This document shows, one piece after another, positions 21,184 to 30,836 of a DNA stretch of 64,000 bases. Both the position numbers and the translations under genes were made by a program. The stretch comes from a virus: positions 125,442 to 189,441 of the IMG/VR virus record IMGVR_UViG_3300033146_001382; one strand, 5' to 3'. Within the stretch, counting starts at the first letter, position 1. Each line of letters opens with the position of its first letter. A model generated the notes under the pieces. The model was not told where the DNA came from. It worked only from the letters and a program-made list of their open reading frames with translations, and searched no databases.

Positions 21184-22219
21184 ACGTAAAGAGGATGATT
21201 TTAAACTTCGTATAGACTCTGTTAAACAACTAATTGACCCAGTATATCTTGCAGAATCCTTAGGATTTAAACTAACTAATGAAACAGTTAAAGAGTTTAG
21301 AGCTGCATGTATAGTACATGGGGGAGATAATACTACTGCTTTTAGAGTGAATAAAGATCTAAAGACTTGGGTGTGCTTCACCCATAAATGTCATGATGAA
21401 TTTGGTAATGATATGTTTGGTTTAGTGCAAGCTGTTAATAAATGTGGTTTCATGGCAGCTCTTGAGTATTTAGAAGAGTTAACTGGTAGTAAAACTATTA
21501 ATAGGCTTCAGTTAGATGCTTTTAAACGTAAACGTGAGCAACAATCCTTTATACGTCAGAGTACTGGTGGAAATGAGAAGCCTTCAGTAGTAGATGCTAC
21601 TAGATTAAAATATTACAAACCATTTAGATCTTCATTATTTATAGAGGATGGATTTTCCTCTGAAACACTAGATTATTTTGAAATAGCAGGGGGTTACGTA
21701 GATAATGAAGGAGTAGTGCGTGATATTATACCAATACATGATGATAAAAGCTCATTAGTGGCGTATAGTCTTAGGGATATTAGGCATAATGCTATTGACC
21801 AAGATAGAAAATATAAATTAACTTTTGGTTTTGATAAAAACACAGTACTGTATAATTTAAATAGAATCAAAGATATTGTGGGTAAGACACCTGTTATCAT
21901 AGTAGAAGGTTTTAAAAGTGTATGGCGTTTATATGAATTAGGTATTAAAAATGTAGTAGCCTGTATGGGGTCAGGTATTACCGAAGGTCAGGCTAATTTA
22001 TTGTGCACTTATGCAAACAAAGGTGTTGTTTTTTTCTTTGACAACGATTATGCTGGAGTAACAGCTATTGGTAGATCATTTGAGTTATTGAAAGGTAAGA
22101 TGAATATTAATGCAGAAGTTATAACTGAGGTAGATGATAATGGTGAAGGACTAGATCCTTCTGATTTAACTACTGAACAAATAAGGTATTATTTAAATAA
22201 TTATATAAAGGAGAATTAG
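21170..22219 (+). CDS. dnaG: DNA primase (CHC2 zinc finger + TOPRIM)
   Basis: CIVHGGDNTTAF...WVCFTHKC zinc finger. TOPRIM VIIVEGFKSV and FFFDNDYAG. Confidence 0.9.
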   Translation: MSLPKRKEDDFKLRIDSVKQLIDPVYLAESLGFKLTNETVKEFRAACIVHGGDNTTAFRVNKDLKTWVCFTHKCHDEFGNDMFGLVQAVNKCGFMAALEYLEELTGSKTINRLQLDAFKRKREQQSFIRQSTGGNEKPSVVDATRLKYYKPFRSSLFIEDGFSSETLDYFEIAGGYVDNEGVVRDIIPIHDDKSSLVAYSLRDIRHNAIDQDRKYKLTFGFDKNTVLYNLNRIKDIVGKTPVIIVEGFKSVWRLYELGIKNVVACMGSGITEGQANLLCTYANKGVVFFFDNDYAGVTAIGRSFELLKGKMNINAEVITEVDDNGEGLDPSDLTTEQIRYYLNNYIKEN

Positions 22220-22220
22220 T

Positions 22221-22556
22221 ATGATTGGAGAGAATTTTGTGACTTTAGTGGGTACAATTGCTAGGGGCTCGTATAAAGAAGTAGGACAATTTAATACTGG
22301 ATTATTTAAAGGTAGTTTAGCTATTCCTACTGTTAAAGGTACAGATCAGTATCTAAAGATAGCAGCATGGGCCGATTTAGCTAAGGCTTTAAGAGATACA
22401 GATAAAACAGTCACTATTAAAATACATGGGCATATAGAAGAAAGTTCATATGATGGGAAATGTAGGCATTGTAATGGCCCAGAAAAGAAGTATTGGACTG
22501 AAGTTATTGTGGATAATTTTGTAGTTATTCCAGATGAGGGGTATGATAATGAATAA
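22221..22556 (+). CDS. ssb: Single-stranded DNA-binding protein (short OB fold)
   Basis: N.VTLVG.I...AAWADLA...IKIHGHIEESSY...YWTEVIVD, the bacterial SSB OB pattern. Follows the primase. Confidence 0.7.
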   Translation: MIGENFVTLVGTIARGSYKEVGQFNTGLFKGSLAIPTVKGTDQYLKIAAWADLAKALRDTDKTVTIKIHGHIEESSYDGKCRHCNGPEKKYWTEVIVDNFVVIPDEGYDNE

Positions 22557-22887
22557 AAAATATACTGGCTTACCTACTATGTCTTTGTTGCCCTTAACTA
22601 ATGTTGAATTTTCACAGATTAAGGAGATAGAGATAGTTATACCTAGAGCAGGTAATTATGCTGATTTAGATATAGATTTATTTAAAGAGGTAGATGGTAA
22701 ATTTAATATATTAGATACTAAAAGTAGTACACTGTATTTACCTTCTATTACTAAAGTGCTATTAGCTAGTAATAAGTATCCTGAGTTGGCACCAAATCAG
22801 TTGTTTACCCCCTCATCTTTTACATTTACTACTGATTCTGTTGTAATAAAAGGAAGTATACTAGAAATTTTTAAGATTAAAGCATAG
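22549..22887 (+). CDS. Hypothetical protein
   Basis: ORF with GAGGGG RBS, packed in the operon. Confidence 0.55.
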   Translation: MNKKYTGLPTMSLLPLTNVEFSQIKEIEIVIPRAGNYADLDIDLFKEVDGKFNILDTKSSTLYLPSITKVLLASNKYPELAPNQLFTPSSFTFTTDSVVIKGSILEIFKIKA

Positions 22888-22898
22888 GAGATAATAAT

Positions 22899-23048
22899 AT
22901 GACTGTAGCTAAAGAAGAAAATACTAAAGGTTTGTTAGACACTATTCATAGGTGTATTATGTGTGATGCACCTGCTTATGAGGTTTCGGAGAACGAGTAT
23001 AGTTGTACTGAATGTGATTGTGTATGGAAAGTAGTTGATTGTGAATAA
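22899..23048 (+). CDS. 49-aa zinc-ribbon-like protein (not in ORF track)
   Basis: Translated by hand as MTVAKEENTKGLLDTIHRCIMCDAPAYEVSENEYSCTECDCVWKVVDCE, with an AGGAG RBS and CxxC...CxxC. Confidence 0.7.
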   Translation: MTVAKEENTKGLLDTIHRCIMCDAPAYEVSENEYSCTECDCVWKVVDCE

Positions 23049-23574
23049 AAATTCTTACCGAATTTTGAGCCTAGATGTTTCTTCTACATCTACTGGGTGG
23101 TCTTTTATTACTAAACGTAAAGGGTTTTTGAAGTTTGGTACTATTAGACCTCCCAGCAAATTATCAGTGCCTGAGAAACTTAATTTCTTTAGACTTGAAT
23201 TAATAAAAGTGTTGACTACATATAAACCGACCTACATTGTATTAGAAGATACTTTTATGGGAGCAAACCCAAAAGTTACTAAGTTATTAGCTAAGTTTGG
23301 TGGGGTGGCTGAGCAAACCGTTTATGAGTATAGCAGCAAAGCTCCATATATTATGAGTAATACAACACCTAAATCATTTTTTAAAGCTAAGAAAAAGGAA
23401 AAATTATTTATTTTAATTATAGACTTGCTTGACTTAGCTGATAAGATGGTTACATTTAAAGAATGGAATGATATAACAGACAGTATTGCACAGCTATGGT
23501 GTTACTGTGATTCAGTACTACATGTTGAGAATATTCGGGAGGAGAAAGAGTATGGTTACAGATTCAGGGTGTGA
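23041..23574 (+). CDS. ruvC: RuvC-like Holliday junction resolvase
   Basis: ILSLDVSSTSTGW, IVLEDTF and DITDSIA carry the RuvC catalytic D/E/D pattern. Start codon uncertain (23035 or 23041). Confidence 0.75.
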   Translation: MNKNSYRILSLDVSSTSTGWSFITKRKGFLKFGTIRPPSKLSVPEKLNFFRLELIKVLTTYKPTYIVLEDTFMGANPKVTKLLAKFGGVAEQTVYEYSSKAPYIMSNTTPKSFFKAKKKEKLFILIIDLLDLADKMVTFKEWNDITDSIAQLWCYCDSVLHVENIREEKEYGYRFRV

Positions 23575-23914
23575 CCTAGCATCTCATGCACGTAGGGAAA
23601 CACTTAAACTAGAGCTTTTAGATCTACTTGTTGGTCTTGCAGATAAGCATTCTATCTTACTAGATAAAGCTGCAAAAAAACATATGTATACATATATGGA
23701 TCATATAGTCAAGAAATTGGATTTAGGAGAAGAACATAAAATACCTATTGAACGTATCATAGTAGAAGAGGATTCTAAAGAACCTACTAGTTATGTAAAA
23801 TACGAGGATGTAGTGACTTTAACTGATAAATTTAAAATTAAATTAGGTACAGTGCTTATAGATTTAATGAGTTATGAGCTTGAGTTATTTCTTTCAAAGG
23901 AGTGTAATGACTAA
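23552..23914 (+). CDS. Hypothetical protein
   Basis: ORF with GGAGGAG RBS upstream of ATG 23552. Confidence 0.5.
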   Translation: MVTDSGCDLASHARRETLKLELLDLLVGLADKHSILLDKAAKKHMYTYMDHIVKKLDLGEEHKIPIERIIVEEDSKEPTSYVKYEDVVTLTDKFKIKLGTVLIDLMSYELELFLSKECND

Positions 23915-25112
23915 AAAAATAATTAAACTTAGTGCTACTAGAATAAGTTCTTATTTAAGATGTAAACGTAAATACTGGTTTCAATATGTAGAACGTATGC
24001 CTAAGCTTTCCAACCCCGCTTTTAAATTAGGGTTGGCATGCCATGAATCGTTGGAACTAGCAGGTAAAATATGGATAGCGGATGGTAAATTTAGTAAGGC
24101 TGCATATAAAAAAATATTTAAATACTACGATCAGGTTTCTGTAAGAGAAGGTATAGAAGCTATGGAGGTGCACACTCAGGGCAAGGTACTAGTTAAAAAT
24201 AGATTAGATAACTTTGCTTTAGGTACCAAAATAATAAGTCTTGAGGAGAAATTTGGATTTGGTAAGGACACTAAGGATGTGTTTACTTCCTTAGGTGTCC
24301 CGTTGATTGGTGCTATGGATAAAGTAGTAGAATTAGATCCTGAAACTATTGTAGTAGTAGATTATAAGACTTCGAAAACTGCTCCTACATATGAACAACT
24401 TAAAGAAGATTTACAATTGTCATTATATGACTTAGTAGCAGGCATACTTTTTCCACAATACCCTAGGGTGGTATTATGTTTAGATATGCTTAAGTCAGAG
24501 CCGGTATACACTTATAGAACTCCTTTTCAAAGAGAAGAGTTTAATAATTATTTATCAATTATACATGAAGAGATGTCAGCACTTAAAGAGAAAGATGCAT
24601 ATGAGTCGTTAAATGTATTTTGTCCTTGGTGTGATTTTAAAGATCATTGTAATGCTTATCAGAAAGCCAGTTCTCAGACTAAGTATGATTTTTTACCTTT
24701 ATCTAAGATGAGTGACGCTGATTTAATAGAAGAACATGAGAGAGTTAAAGGTGTGGCTAAGATTTTAGATATGAGGAAAAGAGATTTGGCTATGATTCTT
24801 ATGGAGAAAATAAAGATAGCTGGCACTGATTTAAAAGGCGGAGATAATCAGATGTATATTAGACAAAGTGCTAGAACTAATTATGATGCCAAAGGGTTAC
24901 ATAAGTTAATTCCACCAGAAGAATTTGCTACTATGGTATCTTTAAACAAGAAGGCAGTAGATTCTTATTGCTCTAAACATCCTAAATTAAAAAAAGAAAT
25001 AGAGAGAAATGCTACCACTAATTATACATCTCCATTTCTTGCAGTTAGAAAGATAAAGGAACCAAAAAAGAAAGTAACCACTAAAAAAATAGTTAAAAAT
25101 AAAGGAGAATAG
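23907..25112 (+). CDS. Cas4/RecB-like PD-(D/E)XK exonuclease with putative Fe-S staple
   Basis: LSATRISSYLRCKRKYW, GAMDKV...VVVDYKTS, QLSLY, CPWCDFKDHC (1+3 Cys). Confidence 0.85.
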   Translation: MTKKIIKLSATRISSYLRCKRKYWFQYVERMPKLSNPAFKLGLACHESLELAGKIWIADGKFSKAAYKKIFKYYDQVSVREGIEAMEVHTQGKVLVKNRLDNFALGTKIISLEEKFGFGKDTKDVFTSLGVPLIGAMDKVVELDPETIVVVDYKTSKTAPTYEQLKEDLQLSLYDLVAGILFPQYPRVVLCLDMLKSEPVYTYRTPFQREEFNNYLSIIHEEMSALKEKDAYESLNVFCPWCDFKDHCNAYQKASSQTKYDFLPLSKMSDADLIEEHERVKGVAKILDMRKRDLAMILMEKIKIAGTDLKGGDNQMYIRQSARTNYDAKGLHKLIPPEEFATMVSLNKKAVDSYCSKHPKLKKEIERNATTNYTSPFLAVRKIKEPKKKVTTKKIVKNKGE

Positions 25113-25117
25113 TTTTA

Positions 25118-26425
25118 ATGAAAAAAAGAAAATTAAGTAAACAAGTTCAGCAGAAAAAAATTAAAGTGTTAGCATATTGTGACTCACCATCATGTGCTAC
25201 TGGTTTTGGTACAGTATCTAGAAATATATTTGAAGCTCTTTACAAGACTGGTAGGTATGAAATAGATATTCTAGGTATTAACTATTGGGGAGATCCACAT
25301 GGTCTACCTTATCGGATATGGCCAACAGGTATTAATGGAGACAAGGACCCTTATGGGCGTAGAAAAGTTACAAGTATGATCCCACAGATGAAATACGATA
25401 TATTATTTTTGTTACAGGATTCATTTATACTTGATTTCATGCCAGCACTTATGTCTCAGCTTAAGTCTTCCGGTAAAGAATTCAAATCTATTTGTTATTT
25501 CCCTATTGATGGTACACCTAAGTCACAGTGGATAGATAATGTAACTCAGGCTGATGAAGTAGTAGCTTATTCTCAATTTGGTGTAGATGCAGTTAAAGCT
25601 ATTCAGCCCGATTGTAAGGATTTACATATTATTCCACACGGCGCTAATGTAAATGAATTTAGGCCCTTACCTAAAAAAGATGTTAAAGCTTTTAGAAATC
25701 AGTATTTTGGTAAACATGCTGATAGTTTCATTGTTACTAATTTGAATAGAAATCAGCATAGAAAGGATATCCCGAGAACTATAGCGGCTTTTAAAAAGTT
25801 TAGAGAGTCAGTACCTAAATCTATTCTATACCTTCATATGGCATCTAAGGACCAGGGTTGGAATTTACCAGAGGTATGTAAATCTTATGGTTTTGATTTA
25901 GCAAATGATATTATTTTCCCAGAAAATTTTGGGCCCAATCAAGGATATCCTAGAGAGATAGTTAATATGATTTATAATGCTTCTGATTTAGTTGTGAGTA
26001 CTACTTTAGGTGAAGGATGGGGCCTATCTTGGGTAGAAGCTATGGCTGCTAAAACACCAGTACTTATGCCTAATAATACAGCTATAACTGAGAACATAAG
26101 TGCTGAGAGAGGGTACTTATGTGATAGTGGTACTAGTGCTGCTCTAACTACAGTTCTAGCTAATGATAATGAAGTAGTTAGGCCCTTGGTGGATGTAGAG
26201 GATATGGCTAATAAAATGGTGCATATAGCTAATAATTATGATGAAGCGCTAGCTAAAGCTGAAACAGCTTATAAATGGGTACATGATAATTTAAATTGGC
26301 AAGGTAATGTTGGCAAACAGTGGGTAGCTTTGTTTGATAAAGTGTACGCTGATTTAATAGAAGAAAAAATGTACGGTATTAGCTCTAGTACAGACAAAAA
26401 AACTATTAAAGCTGAAGTATTATAG
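25118..26425 (+). CDS. Glycosyltransferase, GT4/GT-B family
   Basis: DSPSCATGFG N-terminus, NRNQHRKD, and GEGWGLSWVEAMA (E-x7-E motif). Confidence 0.9.
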   Translation: MKKRKLSKQVQQKKIKVLAYCDSPSCATGFGTVSRNIFEALYKTGRYEIDILGINYWGDPHGLPYRIWPTGINGDKDPYGRRKVTSMIPQMKYDILFLLQDSFILDFMPALMSQLKSSGKEFKSICYFPIDGTPKSQWIDNVTQADEVVAYSQFGVDAVKAIQPDCKDLHIIPHGANVNEFRPLPKKDVKAFRNQYFGKHADSFIVTNLNRNQHRKDIPRTIAAFKKFRESVPKSILYLHMASKDQGWNLPEVCKSYGFDLANDIIFPENFGPNQGYPREIVNMIYNASDLVVSTTLGEGWGLSWVEAMAAKTPVLMPNNTAITENISAERGYLCDSGTSAALTTVLANDNEVVRPLVDVEDMANKMVHIANNYDEALAKAETAYKWVHDNLNWQGNVGKQWVALFDKVYADLIEEKMYGISSSTDKKTIKAEVL

Positions 26426-26458
26426 TTTGTACTATAAGATTAGTAACTAATTAAGATA

Positions 26459-26503
26459 ATGACCGCAAGTCTAAGTAATTTTGATTACTATTCTTGCGGT
26501 CAT
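26459..26503 (+). promoter_or_regulatory. Long intergenic stem-loop upstream of the ThyX-like gene
   Basis: atgaccgcaag (26459-69) / cttgcggtcat (26493-503) form a perfect 11-bp stem. agtaat/attact form a 6-bp upper stem with a tttg loop. Confidence 0.75.
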
Positions 26504-26518
26504 GGAATAAGGATTTCT

Positions 26519-27115
26519 ATGATTAAAGTAAAAAAACTAGCTGAAGATAAGAATAATTTTTTAGCTGCTTTATTAGGTATGGGATTGGCGTTTGATAAGA
26601 CTATAGAAGGTCTGGATAAAGGTATTGATATATTTTTTCACTCTGATGGCTCTTATAATAAATTGTACTTTACTATGTTGGATAGGGCAAAACGTATGTC
26701 ATTTAAAGGTAGGGGCCATAATAAATTTCTTAGGGCTATCAATATTGATTTTATTATACAAGCCCCCTGTGATTGGTGGCAACAACAAGCTACTTATACA
26801 ACTGTAGCTGCAGTACAATCTACCAGTACTATGCATATGCTAAAAAAATCTGGATTGGCTAACGGGGTAGACCCTTTAGTAGATGAGCTTATACTGAAAA
26901 GATATAATGAACTTCTTAAAGAAACTAATGATTTAGTTGTGTTGAAACGAAATTTACCTTCTGGGTATATGTATATAAGGACTGTTCATTTAAATTATAT
27001 GACTTTACAGCATATGGTAAATCAACGGCTTGAACATAAAGAACCAGAATGGCCAGAATTTTGCAAACAGGTATTAAATCAGATAGATCACCCCTATTTA
27101 GTTTTAAAAGATTAA
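26519..27115 (+). CDS. Divergent ThyX-fold (flavin-dependent thymidylate synthase-like) protein
   Basis: GHNKFLRAI.IDFIIQAP..WWQQ...STSTMH and LPSGY...NY..L..M..QR follow the ThyX layout but lack RHR and SxRY. ATG 26519 has an AAGGA RBS. Confidence 0.65.
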   Translation: MIKVKKLAEDKNNFLAALLGMGLAFDKTIEGLDKGIDIFFHSDGSYNKLYFTMLDRAKRMSFKGRGHNKFLRAINIDFIIQAPCDWWQQQATYTTVAAVQSTSTMHMLKKSGLANGVDPLVDELILKRYNELLKETNDLVVLKRNLPSGYMYIRTVHLNYMTLQHMVNQRLEHKEPEWPEFCKQVLNQIDHPYLVLKD

Positions 27116-27152
27116 TAAACTGACTTTATAATTTATAAAAGGATATATACAA

Positions 27153-28271
27153 ATGGAAATAAAAGGAATAAAATATACTGGACCTATATTAGATAATTCT
27201 GGATATAGTAAGGCTTGTAGAGGTAATATTTTAGCTTTGTATCACGCAGGTGTACCTATTACGCTTAATTCAATATCTTTTGAGTCAGCTCGTCCTGACC
27301 TAGGAGAAGATGGTAAAATTATTTATAGTTTGATAGATAAGAAAATAGATTACAATATCAATTTGATACATACTACACCTGAATTTTGGTCTCAGCATAA
27401 AGAGCGCACTGCTTGTAATATTGGGTATACTATATGGGAGACTACTAAACTACATGACGATTGGCCTGACTATATTAATAACAATGTGGATAAAGTACTC
27501 GTTGGCTGTAAATGGAATGAGAGTGTATTTAAAAATAGTGGGGTTACTATCCCTATTGGGGTTGTGCCACATGGTATAAATATTAATGAGTTTAATACCA
27601 TTGCACCATATCAAATAGCTGGTGTAAGGGATACTGATTTTGTATTTTATAGTATTTTCCAGTGGACTGAGCGGAAGTGCCCTTTAGCATTGCTGAAAGC
27701 ATACTACCATGCTTTTCAAAACAATGAAGAGGTAGTATTAGTCTTGAAAGCCTATGGGAATGATTACAGTGCAAAACAAAAACAGTCTATAGTTAATGCA
27801 ATAAAACACTTAAAATGGAATATGCCTATGCCTGTATTTCCTAAAGTAGTATTAATAGGTAATATGCTAACAGAAGATGAAATATCTGCAGTTCACGCAC
27901 GTGGAGATTGTTATGTATCTCTAGATAGAGGTGAGGGATTTGGTCTTAGTCCATTTACTGCCGGTGCAGCAGGTAATCCAATTATAGTGACAGGTTTTGG
28001 TGGATCAACTGAGTATGCTAAAGAAGATAATAGTTACTTAGTAGATTATACGCTTACACCTGTTTATGGAATGCCATGGTCCAGGTGGTATAACGGTACC
28101 CAGCTTTGGGCAGAGCCAGATGTAATCGATGGCGCTAATAAAATGAAATATGTTTATGAGCACCAAGAGAATGCTAAAGTAAATGGACAAGGGCTACAGG
28201 AGTATATTAGAGAGAATTTTTCATGGGAAGTAATCGCTAGAAAGATTATCAGCGAGATTGAGGAGCTATAG
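27153..28271 (+). CDS. Glycosyltransferase, GT4/GT-B family
   Basis: DNSGYS...TIWET...FQWTERK...GEGFGLSPFTAG. Confidence 0.9.
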   Translation: MEIKGIKYTGPILDNSGYSKACRGNILALYHAGVPITLNSISFESARPDLGEDGKIIYSLIDKKIDYNINLIHTTPEFWSQHKERTACNIGYTIWETTKLHDDWPDYINNNVDKVLVGCKWNESVFKNSGVTIPIGVVPHGININEFNTIAPYQIAGVRDTDFVFYSIFQWTERKCPLALLKAYYHAFQNNEEVVLVLKAYGNDYSAKQKQSIVNAIKHLKWNMPMPVFPKVVLIGNMLTEDEISAVHARGDCYVSLDRGEGFGLSPFTAGAAGNPIIVTGFGGSTEYAKEDNSYLVDYTLTPVYGMPWSRWYNGTQLWAEPDVIDGANKMKYVYEHQENAKVNGQGLQEYIRENFSWEVIARKIISEIEEL

Positions 28272-28280
28272 TAATAGCTA

Positions 28281-29693
28281 ATGGCCAGATTAATAGATAT
28301 AGAAAGTATAAAGACTTTGTTTAAGAAAGATAATTATTTAGTATTATCTACTAAGTATACACATTCTAAACAGAAGATTTCATATAAATGCCCTGATGGA
28401 CATTTACACTCCATGCGACTTGACCATTGGAGGAGAGGTGTTAGATGTCCGTATTGTTCTGATAAGTTTAAAAAATCTATTGAGTACATAAGGCCATTTT
28501 TCGCACTAGAAGGTTATAACTTAATATCTGACACATATATAGACGCTAATACTAAATTACACTTAGTTTGTCCTGAAGGGCATGATTATTACACTAGTTG
28601 GCATAACTGGAAATCAGGAAATCACAGGTGTTCAAAGTGTAATGGAGGTATACGTTTGGACGCATCCAGTGTTAATAATGTATTTAGTAAAGAGGGCTAT
28701 ACTATGGTAGGTGCATATGGTAACTGTCACTCTCCTATCGAATGCCAATGCCCTGAAGGTCATACATATTTGGTCACATTTGGTAATTTTACATCTAAAA
28801 ACACTAGGTGTACTGAATGTAGCGGTAATGGGGCGTCTTCTGGTGAAATTATGTTAAGGGATCACATTAAGTCTTTAGGGGTAGTAGCTATATACAACAA
28901 TAGAAAATTAATAACCCCATTAGAACTTGATATAGTAATACCATCTAAGAAGATAGCTATAGAATATTGTGGTTTGTATTGGCACTCAGAATTAAATGGA
29001 AAAGATAGAAAGTATCATTTAAATAAATTAAATCTGTGTCAAAAAATAGGTTATAAATTGATTACTATTTTTGAAGACGAGTTGTTATCTAATAAAGAAA
29101 TTGTTTTTAGTAGATTAACATGTTTATTGTCCAAAACTACTAGTAAAGTATATGCACGTAAATGTTCAGTGCGTCAGATTTCCCCTAGATTGGCTAAGGA
29201 GTTTTGCTCAACTAATCATATGCAGGGATACGGAGCAGGGGCTTACATAAAATTAGGAGCGTTTTATAAAAATAATCTAGTAGCGGTTATGACTTTTGCT
29301 AAACCATCTATTGCTAAAGGGTATAATAGTAAATTAGAGGGTGTGTATGAGTTACATAGATTTTGTAGTGTTAAGGATACTATTGTTGTAGGAATAGCTT
29401 CTAAACTGTTTAAATATTTTTTAAATAATTTTAAGTTTAATACTCTATTTTCCTACGCTGATAGACGATGGTCTACAGGAAATGTATATACTAAATTGGG
29501 GTTTGTTTTTAATAGTTATACTAGACCTAATTACTGGTACATTAAGGGTAAGAGAAGGATTAATAGATTCTCTCTTAGGAAAACAGTTGCTGATAACCAA
29601 GATATTACAGAATGGGAAAATAGGCGTCTCGCAGGCTATGATAGAATATGGGATTGCGGTAATTTAAAATATGTGTATAAAAAAGGAGATTAA
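28281..29693 (+). mobile_element. Free-standing Hef-like homing endonuclease with repeated zinc-ribbon (CPxGH) domains
   Basis: Three CP(D/E)GH...RCxxC repeats, ELDIVIP..KIAIEYCGLYWHS, and a C-terminal YARKC...NHMQG...SYADRRWS...RIWDCG domain typical of phage Hef-like endonucleases. Confidence 0.75.
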
Positions 29694-29697
29694 TTGT

Positions 29698-30183
29698 ATG
29701 AAGAAGACACTGAATATTGGGGCTGGTGAACGTGTGTACGCACATTACCCTACGGATAATTATGAGTGTATTAATTTTGATGAGAGGGATTTAAAAAGTA
29801 CTGATGTAGTAGGTGACGTAAGGGATTTAAGTATGTTCAATGATGAAGAGTTTGATTTTATTTTAGCTAGTGATATTATAGAACATTTTCCAATTAAAGA
29901 TGTACAAACTATATTAAAAGAATGGAGTAGAGTATTAAAACCTATTGGTGTTATTGAATTTAGGCTTCCTAACTTAGCCGCCATTTGTAAGCAATATATT
30001 AATAAAAAAAATGCTAGAAATATTAGTTGGTTACTATATGGAGGGCAAGATTATTCAGGCAATTTTCATTATACTTGCTATGATAGGGGGCTGTTCACAG
30101 AAGAGTGTGAAAAAGCAGGATTTAGTATACTTACCTACAGTGAAGAAGGATTTAATATGGTAGTCCGTTGTAGGAAGAATTAA
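29698..30183 (+). CDS. Class I SAM-dependent methyltransferase
   Basis: LNIGAG motif I, VGDVRDL, ASDIIEHF, WSRVLKP.G. Confidence 0.85.
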   Translation: MKKTLNIGAGERVYAHYPTDNYECINFDERDLKSTDVVGDVRDLSMFNDEEFDFILASDIIEHFPIKDVQTILKEWSRVLKPIGVIEFRLPNLAAICKQYINKKNARNISWLLYGGQDYSGNFHYTCYDRGLFTEECEKAGFSILTYSEEGFNMVVRCRKN

Positions 30184-30184
30184 A

Positions 30185-30826
30185 ATGTCTCAATTAAAGC
30201 TAGTGAGTGCTAATTTTGTTAAAAATGAGGCTCATTGTATAGAATTAATGCTAGACTCAGTACAGCCATTTGTTGATGATAGTTATATTTTAGTTGATAA
30301 AGACACTACTGATAACACTGCAGATATCTGTAAATCTAGAGGCTGTAAAGTTGAATACTTTGAGTTTGAGAATTTTGCTAAAGTTTGGAATACGCTTTTA
30401 TCTTGGGTTAACAGTGCTACAGATTGGACTATATTTATTGCTCCGGATGAAACTATTGATGCAGAGTTTGGTAATTTTTTAAGGCCCGCTATCGAAAAGA
30501 TGCATACTAAAACTACTGATGGTATGTGGTTTAGAAGGAAGCATTGGGTAGATTTAGAAAAAACTAAAGAATATACTGCACAAAATTGGTACCCTGATTG
30601 GCAATTACGTTTAATCAGAAACGACTACCCAAGAATACATTTAGTAAATTATGTGCATGAATGGCCCAAAGGTATACGAAAGACTATACGTACTAAAATG
30701 GATATACATCATTTTAATATGTATTGGAAACCGCGTTTAAATTATAATTTTGAAAAAATGAATACTTTATATGCTAAATTACAGAAATTACAGAAGGAAG
30801 ATGGCGGAGGTAATATTTGGCCATAA
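30185..30826 (+). CDS. Glycosyltransferase, GT2/GT-A family
   Basis: VKNEAHCI...TTDNT...APDE...YPDWQLRL...VHE. Confidence 0.8.
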   Translation: MSQLKLVSANFVKNEAHCIELMLDSVQPFVDDSYILVDKDTTDNTADICKSRGCKVEYFEFENFAKVWNTLLSWVNSATDWTIFIAPDETIDAEFGNFLRPAIEKMHTKTTDGMWFRRKHWVDLEKTKEYTAQNWYPDWQLRLIRNDYPRIHLVNYVHEWPKGIRKTIRTKMDIHHFNMYWKPRLNYNFEKMNTLYAKLQKLQKEDGGGNIWP

Positions 30827-30836
30827 GGAGCTTAAT

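Noticed and set aside
23907-25112. Cas4-like gene as part of a CRISPR-Cas locus
   Set aside because: No cas1/cas2 or repeat-spacer array seen. Stand-alone Cas4-like exonucleases are common in phage recombination modules.
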